Positions 8,969-13,691 of a stretch of 13,691 nucleotides of DNA are shown in pieces. Below the pieces are notes generated by a model. That model saw only the letters and a list, made by a program, of their open reading frames with translations. It did no database searches and was not told where the DNA came from. The stretch is from Octopus sinensis (lineage: Eukaryota), in NCBI RefSeq assembly GCF_006345805.1, contig NW_021826018.1, forward strand, positions 1-13,691, given 5' to 3'. The stretch's first letter is position 1; each line of letters starts with the position of its first letter. The translations under genes were made by a program, and so were the position numbers.

Positions 8969-9785
8969 CAGCCTGGCCAACCCAATCGCATCGCGGGCCA
9001 CTTTGTCCAATGAATCCTTTCCGCGGGCCGGCATATACATGTACATACTAAGGATAGATCAAAACACAACAGATAATATTTTATTTAGTAACATAGCATT
9101 CAGTCAATTATACGTATCAATGAGAAATCTGTTTTCCTTATCTTCACTTAATTTTTTCAAATCAACTTCACAATTACTAGTTGCACATCTATATTGGTTT
9201 TCTAAGTTTTTTATCTTTTAAAGAAGATCTATATATACTTTTACTAAACTTTAATTTCGAAAAGAATGATTCACATACGTAAGTAGATCCAAAGGAGCTT
9301 ACAACTCTTTGTGCAAAATTCTTAAGTTGGGATATTTTCTGCAGTCACATATTTGTTATAAAAGTCAATTTTGGATATAGTAGGATAAACAAGTCTTAGT
9401 TCACTGTTGCACTGTAGGGTCAATTATTTCCGTCTGCAAAGTATTTGAAAACAATAGAAACGTCAACATGAAATGGAGAAGAAAATGTTTCAAACCTTTT
9501 CTCATATTTTTTTAGTTCCGAGAATCGACTGTCAAATGCTGCAGCAAGATTTTTTATTTCATCAGCGTACTTGAAGAAATGTTTACAATGGCTGATTTTA
9601 AATTGATTTAGCGTGGAAAATGTTGATCATTTCCATTTCTTATTTGCCATTCAAACAATGACAATTTCATTCGAAATGCTTTGACTTGATGGCATGCATA
9701 GTAATAAATTATCCTGTCCTTGTAACTCCTTGTTTAATTGATTAATTTTTTCGGTTATATCTACCAAAAAGCACAGATTATCTAG
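8969..9785 (-). mobile_element. 5'-truncated second hAT element (SPIN / GTF2IRD2 / EPM2AIP1-like Buster-group transposase, C-terminal third plus 3' terminus)
   Basis: Reconstructed DNLCFLVDITEKINQLNKELQG...VKAFRMKLSLF...AFDSRFSEL...SPFHVDV...LQTEIID.QCNSEL...YPNL.NFAQRVVSSFGSTYVCESFFSKLK...QISH* (stop at 9117-9119). Terminus cagcctggccaacc at 8969, with gcgggcc subterminal repeats at 8993 and 9023. The flanking 8-mer cgcTAtat has a central TA. Confidence 0.88.
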
Positions 9786-10111
9786 ACTCTAGATAATAGT
9801 GGCATCTGGAGCAAGACAGCAGGATGTTGGTGTCCCCAAAGGTGTGCCATTAATGCGCGACGAATCTTAACGAAATGGTGAACAACGTCAAAGGACTCAA
9901 CTAAACTCTGATATTATGTCACATGGGTGATCAGACCCCTATGGACAACCTGCCTTTACGTGTTTCCATGGGCACTACATACAAATATTTACTAAAAGGC
10001 CAACTAATATAAAAGGCAAACGATACGAACTAATGATTGAACTTTAAAATTTTTGAGAAATGATGTTTTAATATTTGAACCATGCTTGCTTTAAAATAGT
10101 AAAATTATTTA

Positions 10112-10230
10112 CAACATAGCAATTATATGTGAATTATTTTTATTTTTGATAATATAATTGCAACATTAGCAAATTATTATGTGAATTATTTTTATTTTTG
10201 ATAATATAAATTGCAACATTAGCAAATTAT
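10112..10230. repeat. AT-rich tandem repeat, about 50-bp unit, 2.3 copies
   Basis: caacat(t)agc(a)aattat..gtgaattatttttatttttgataatata..ttg starts at 10112, 10161 and 10214. Confidence 0.92.
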
Positions 10231-10267
10231 AATTTTACATCCAATTTTTTGCAAAGTTTGTAACAAC

Positions 10268-11562
10268 TCTAACCTTAACCCAAACCCTAACGTTGGCAAG
10301 TGACAAGATAAATATATTCAAAATCTAACCCTAACCTTAACCCAAACCCTAACGTTGGCAAGTGACAAGATAAATATATTCAAAATCTAACCTTAACTAA
10401 CCTACACCCTAACGTTGCAAGTGACACATAAATATATTCAAAATCTAACCATAACCTTACCCAAACCCTAACGTTGGCAAGTGACAACATAAATATTCAA
10501 AATCTAACGACCCTAACCTTAACCCAAACCCTAACGTTGGCAAGTGACAACATAAATATTCAAAATCTAACCCTAATCCTTAACCCCAAACCCTAACGTT
10601 GGCAAGTGACAACATAAATATTCAAAATCTAACCCTAACCTTAACCCAACCCTAACGTTGGCAAGTGACAACATAAAATTCAAAATCTAACCCTAATCTT
10701 AACCCAAAACCCTAACGTTGGCAAGTGACAACATAAAAATTCAAAATCTAACCCTAACCCAAACCCTAACGTTGGCAAGTGACAACATAAATATTCAAAA
10801 TCTAACCCTAATCTTAACCCAAACCCTAACGTTGGCAAGTGACAACATAAATATTCAAAATCTAACCCTAATCTTAACCCAAACCCTAACGTTGGCAAGT
10901 GACAACATAAATATTCAAATCTAACCTAACCTTAACCCAAACCCTAACGTTGGCAAGTTGACACATAAATATTCAAAAATTCTAACCCTAATCTTAACCC
11001 AAACCCTAACGTTGGCAAGTGACAACATAAAAATTCAAAATCTAATCTTAACCAAACCCTAACGTTGGCAAGTGACAACATAAATATTCAAAATCTAACC
11101 CTAACCTTAACCCAAACCCTAACGTGGCAAGTGACAACATAAAAATTCAATATCTAACCCTAACCCAAACGTTGGCAAGTGACAACATAATATTCAAATC
11201 TAACCCTAACCTTAACCCTAACGTTGGCAAGTGACAACATAAATATTCAAAATCTAACCCTAACCTTAACCCTAACGTTGGCAAGTGACAACATAAATAT
11301 TCAAAATCTAACCTTAACCCTAACGTTGGCAAGTGACAACATAAATATTCAAAATCTAACCTTAACCCTAACGTTGGCAAGTGACAACATAAATATTCAA
11401 AATCTAACCTTAACCCTAACGTTGGCAAGTGACAACATAAATATTCAAAATCTAACCCTACCCTAACCTTAACCCTAACGTTGGCAAGTGAAACAAAATA
11501 TATCAAAATCTAACCTTAACCCAAACCCTAACGTTGGCAAGTGACAACATAAATATTCAAAA
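10268..11562. repeat. satellite of 23 units (mostly 48-62 bp): 3-5 telomere-like hexamers plus a constant spacer of about 30 bp
   Basis: Unit is (ctaacc/ttaacc/caaacc)n-ctaacg-ttggcaagtgacaacataaatattcaaaat. 23 gt(t)g(g)caagt cores counted by hand. The minus strand reads TTAGGG/TAAGGT variants. Confidence 0.97.
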
Positions 11563-12140
11563 CTAGCTCGGCAGCTCGCTTCGCTCACCGCGACCTAGCT
11601 CCTGCGGAGGGCCTGTTTCATCAACACAACTATAAGTTTATGTAGATTGATTATAAAACTACCTGGTTTAATGTAACCCTATTCTATCGCCTGTTGATAA
11701 ACGATGTTGTCGTCCGTCCTTCTTGGCATATATGAATAAATTTTCTCTTCTGCCTACCCTCGAGCATCCCACATACAGCCTGTCATATGAAAAGCACTCA
11801 CTCTCTAAAAATAACCCAACTACCTTTAATGACTGTCCCTGGGCCTTGTTTATTGTCATTGCAAAACTCATCCTCAAAGGAAATTGCAGCCTTTTAAATC
11901 TAAATAATAATCATTCATAAATTATCGAAATTCGTGGAATATAAACATCCTCACCTCTATACTTACCTGTTATATCGTCGCCTCTATTACGTTAGCCATC
12001 AAATTTTTGATAACTAACTTCGTTCCGTTGCATAATTTAGGTGGCGCAAGATTTCGTAATAAAAACACTGGAACGCCTATCTTTAACTTTAAAAGATGAT
12101 TCGGCATTCCAGAGGGATCTAAGGAGTTTAAAAATTCAAT
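11563..12140 (-). mobile_element. Helitron 3' end with RepHel C-terminal PIF1-type helicase fragment (frameshifted; stop at 11679-11681)
   Basis: [42 protein letters not shown]...IPRI...RLQFPLRMSFAMTINKAQGQSL...LYVGCSRVG...NIVYQQAIE*, then a GC-rich hairpin (11571-11591) and terminal CTAG followed by T at 11563/11562. Confidence 0.93.
11571..11591 (-). terminator. Helitron 3' rolling-circle termination hairpin
   Basis: Minus strand gcggt-ga-gc-gaa-gc-ga-gctgc, 8 nt before the CTAG end. Confidence 0.8.
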
Positions 12141-12589
12141 CCGGTTGAATTTTAGAAAATAACACAAAAATAAAGAAAAAAAAATATAAAAATGAATAAT
12201 TTAAAAAAAACAAAAAATAAAAAAAACAAAAAAAAACTTTAAAAATTTGTAAAATAGTATAAACACAAAAAAAATCTCTGCCGCCACGGCAACAACCAGT
12301 CTAATCTTTAACAGCCAATTAAGATAATGCTTAAGAGCCTTTATAGTCCGGAGATTTAGCTTAGTGACCTTGATTAGACAAACCACTGACGGAAATGGGG
12401 CAGCCGGAGATGCGGCAGGCAGAGGAGTAGCAGCAGCCAAAAAAGCGACACACAAAAAAGATTTAATTAATTACCTTTAACCTGACCGTTTTTCTTCAGC
12501 TTCGTTTTTCCTCCTTCGTTATCTATTGAAAAAAAAATTATTTTTAATAATAAAAAAGTTTAGGAAAAGAGGCATACCGAAATGAATTC

Positions 12590-13108
12590 TATCTTTACGA
12601 AAAACTTAACTAAATAGTTAATATTTTTACGCAATTCTTCTGATTGCTCTGTCAATTGGGGTAAATTGTGTAATGATTGTGCTAATGTGGTTTTAGCTAT
12701 CAAAGTGTTTTTCAAAATCTGTTAATTGCACACTCTATTCAAGGTCGTGCAATCTGTAATGGCACATTCTGTCAAAGTCAAATATGATATAGCTTTAATT
12801 TTGATTCATGGTCGATAATGATATATGCATCTAATTTTAAAAAGAAAATCTAGGATGAATTGAATTTCTTTATCGCGAATAATTGGGAGTTCATCATTGT
12901 TAATATTCTCGCTGTCGTTTTCATCAAGGATATTCTTAATACGTGAGATTTTTGCCTCGAAGGTTTTAATGGACCTCATCATGATGTCGAGGACATTAAC
13001 GTTGTTCATTTTAATCAATGCAGAAAATAATTTTTTGATTTTTGGCGGGAAGGTTTTAAGGACCTCATCATGTAAGTCGAGGACATCGTAGTTGTTCATT
13101 TTAACCAA
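12590..13108 (-). pseudogene. unknown protein-coding-like sequence whose 5' part is the 90-bp repeat
   Basis: ORF 12806-13108 (VKMNNYDVLDLHDEVLKTFPPKIKKLFSALIKMNN...ELPIIRDKEIQF) plus shifted downstream frames, e.g. QILKNTLIAKTTLAQSLHNLPQLTEQSEELRKNINYL. No family recognised. Confidence 0.35.
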
Positions 13109-13691
13109 AATGCAGAAAAGTTTTTTTTAATTTTTTTTTGGGGGGGAAGGTTTTAAGGACCTCATCATGTAAGTCGAGGAATCGTAGTTGTTCATTTTAA
13201 CCAAAATGGCAGAAAACTTTTTTTAATTTTTTTTTTTGGGGGGAAGGCTTTAAGGACCTTATCATGTAAGTCGAGGACATCGTAGTTGTCATTTTATACC
13301 AAAATGCAGAAATTTTTTTTATTTTTTTTTGGGGGGAAGGTTTTAAGAACTTCATCATGTAAGTCGAGGACATTGTAGTTGTTCATTTTAACCAAAATGC
13401 AGAATTTTTTTTAATTTTTTTTGGGGGGAAGTTTTAAGGACTTCATCATGTAAATCGAGGACATTGTAGTTGTTCATTTAACCCAAATGCAGAAAAATTT
13501 TTAATTTTTTGGGGGGGAAGGTTTTAAGGACTTCATCATGTAAGTCGAGGACATTGTAGTTGTTCATTTTAACCATAATGCAGAAAATTTTTTTTTAATT
13601 TTTTGGGGGGGAAGGTTTTAAGGACTTCATCATGTAAGTCGAGGACATTGTAGTTGTTCATTTTAACCAAAATGCAGAAAATTTTTTTTTA
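12959..13691. repeat. tandem array, 89-97-bp unit, about 8 copies, runs off the window end
   Basis: The t(c/t)atcatg anchor occurs at 12976, 13065, 13162, 13259, 13352, 13443, 13533 and 13627. Length variation lies mainly in the T and G runs. Confidence 0.97.

Noticed and set aside
10680-11506. ORFs 10680-10898, 10718-10924, 11147-11506 and 11224-11466
   Set aside because: By-products of 3n-length satellite units, open on both strands, with no unique coding flank.
10268-11562. CRISPR-like regular repeat array
   Set aside because: There are no unique spacers; whole units repeat, and the context is eukaryotic.
10268-11562. True telomere
   Set aside because: The array is internal, the hexamers are degenerate and interrupted by a spacer, and sequence continues on both sides.
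12299-12315. gtctaatctttaac as resumption of the satellite at the Helitron 5' end
   Set aside because: The match is short and imperfect, it is not preceded by GA, and no spacer follows.
13072-13115. Plus-strand GTAAGT...ttaac...tgcag intron-like signal repeated in each 90-bp unit
   Set aside because: The intervening exons would be T/G homopolymer tracts with no sensible frame; probably coincidental without RNA data.

Overview
AT-rich eukaryotic repeat graveyard with no recognisable intact host gene. From left to right, almost all on the minus strand: (1) a decayed rve/DDE integrase (KRBA2/Ginger-like) abutting a non-LTR retrotransposon C-terminal fragment; (2) about 3.5 kb of AT-rich, unassigned sequence; (3) a decayed virus-like cassette, made of an unidentified ORF followed by a basic-arm jelly-roll capsid gene; (4) a complete 2168-bp hAT/Buster transposon inserted in that cassette, with perfect 16-bp TIRs and an 8-bp TSD (acctagaa); its roughly 594-aa transposase can only be rebuilt by splicing out tiny GT-AG introns (26 and 29 nt required, 30 nt probable); (5) the 3' half of a second, SPIN/GTF2IRD2-like hAT element; (6) a 23-copy satellite built from telomere-like hexamers; (7) a Helitron 3' end carrying a PIF1 helicase fragment; (8) a roughly 90-bp tandem array that runs in frame into an unknown ORF. 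Introns of 23-30 nt under the standard code point to a tiny-intron host such as a dicyemid, microsporidian or myxozoan (inference). Many single-base indels fall in homopolymers, so some frameshifts may be long-read errors. Family assignments come from manual translation and motif recognition; no database search was run.
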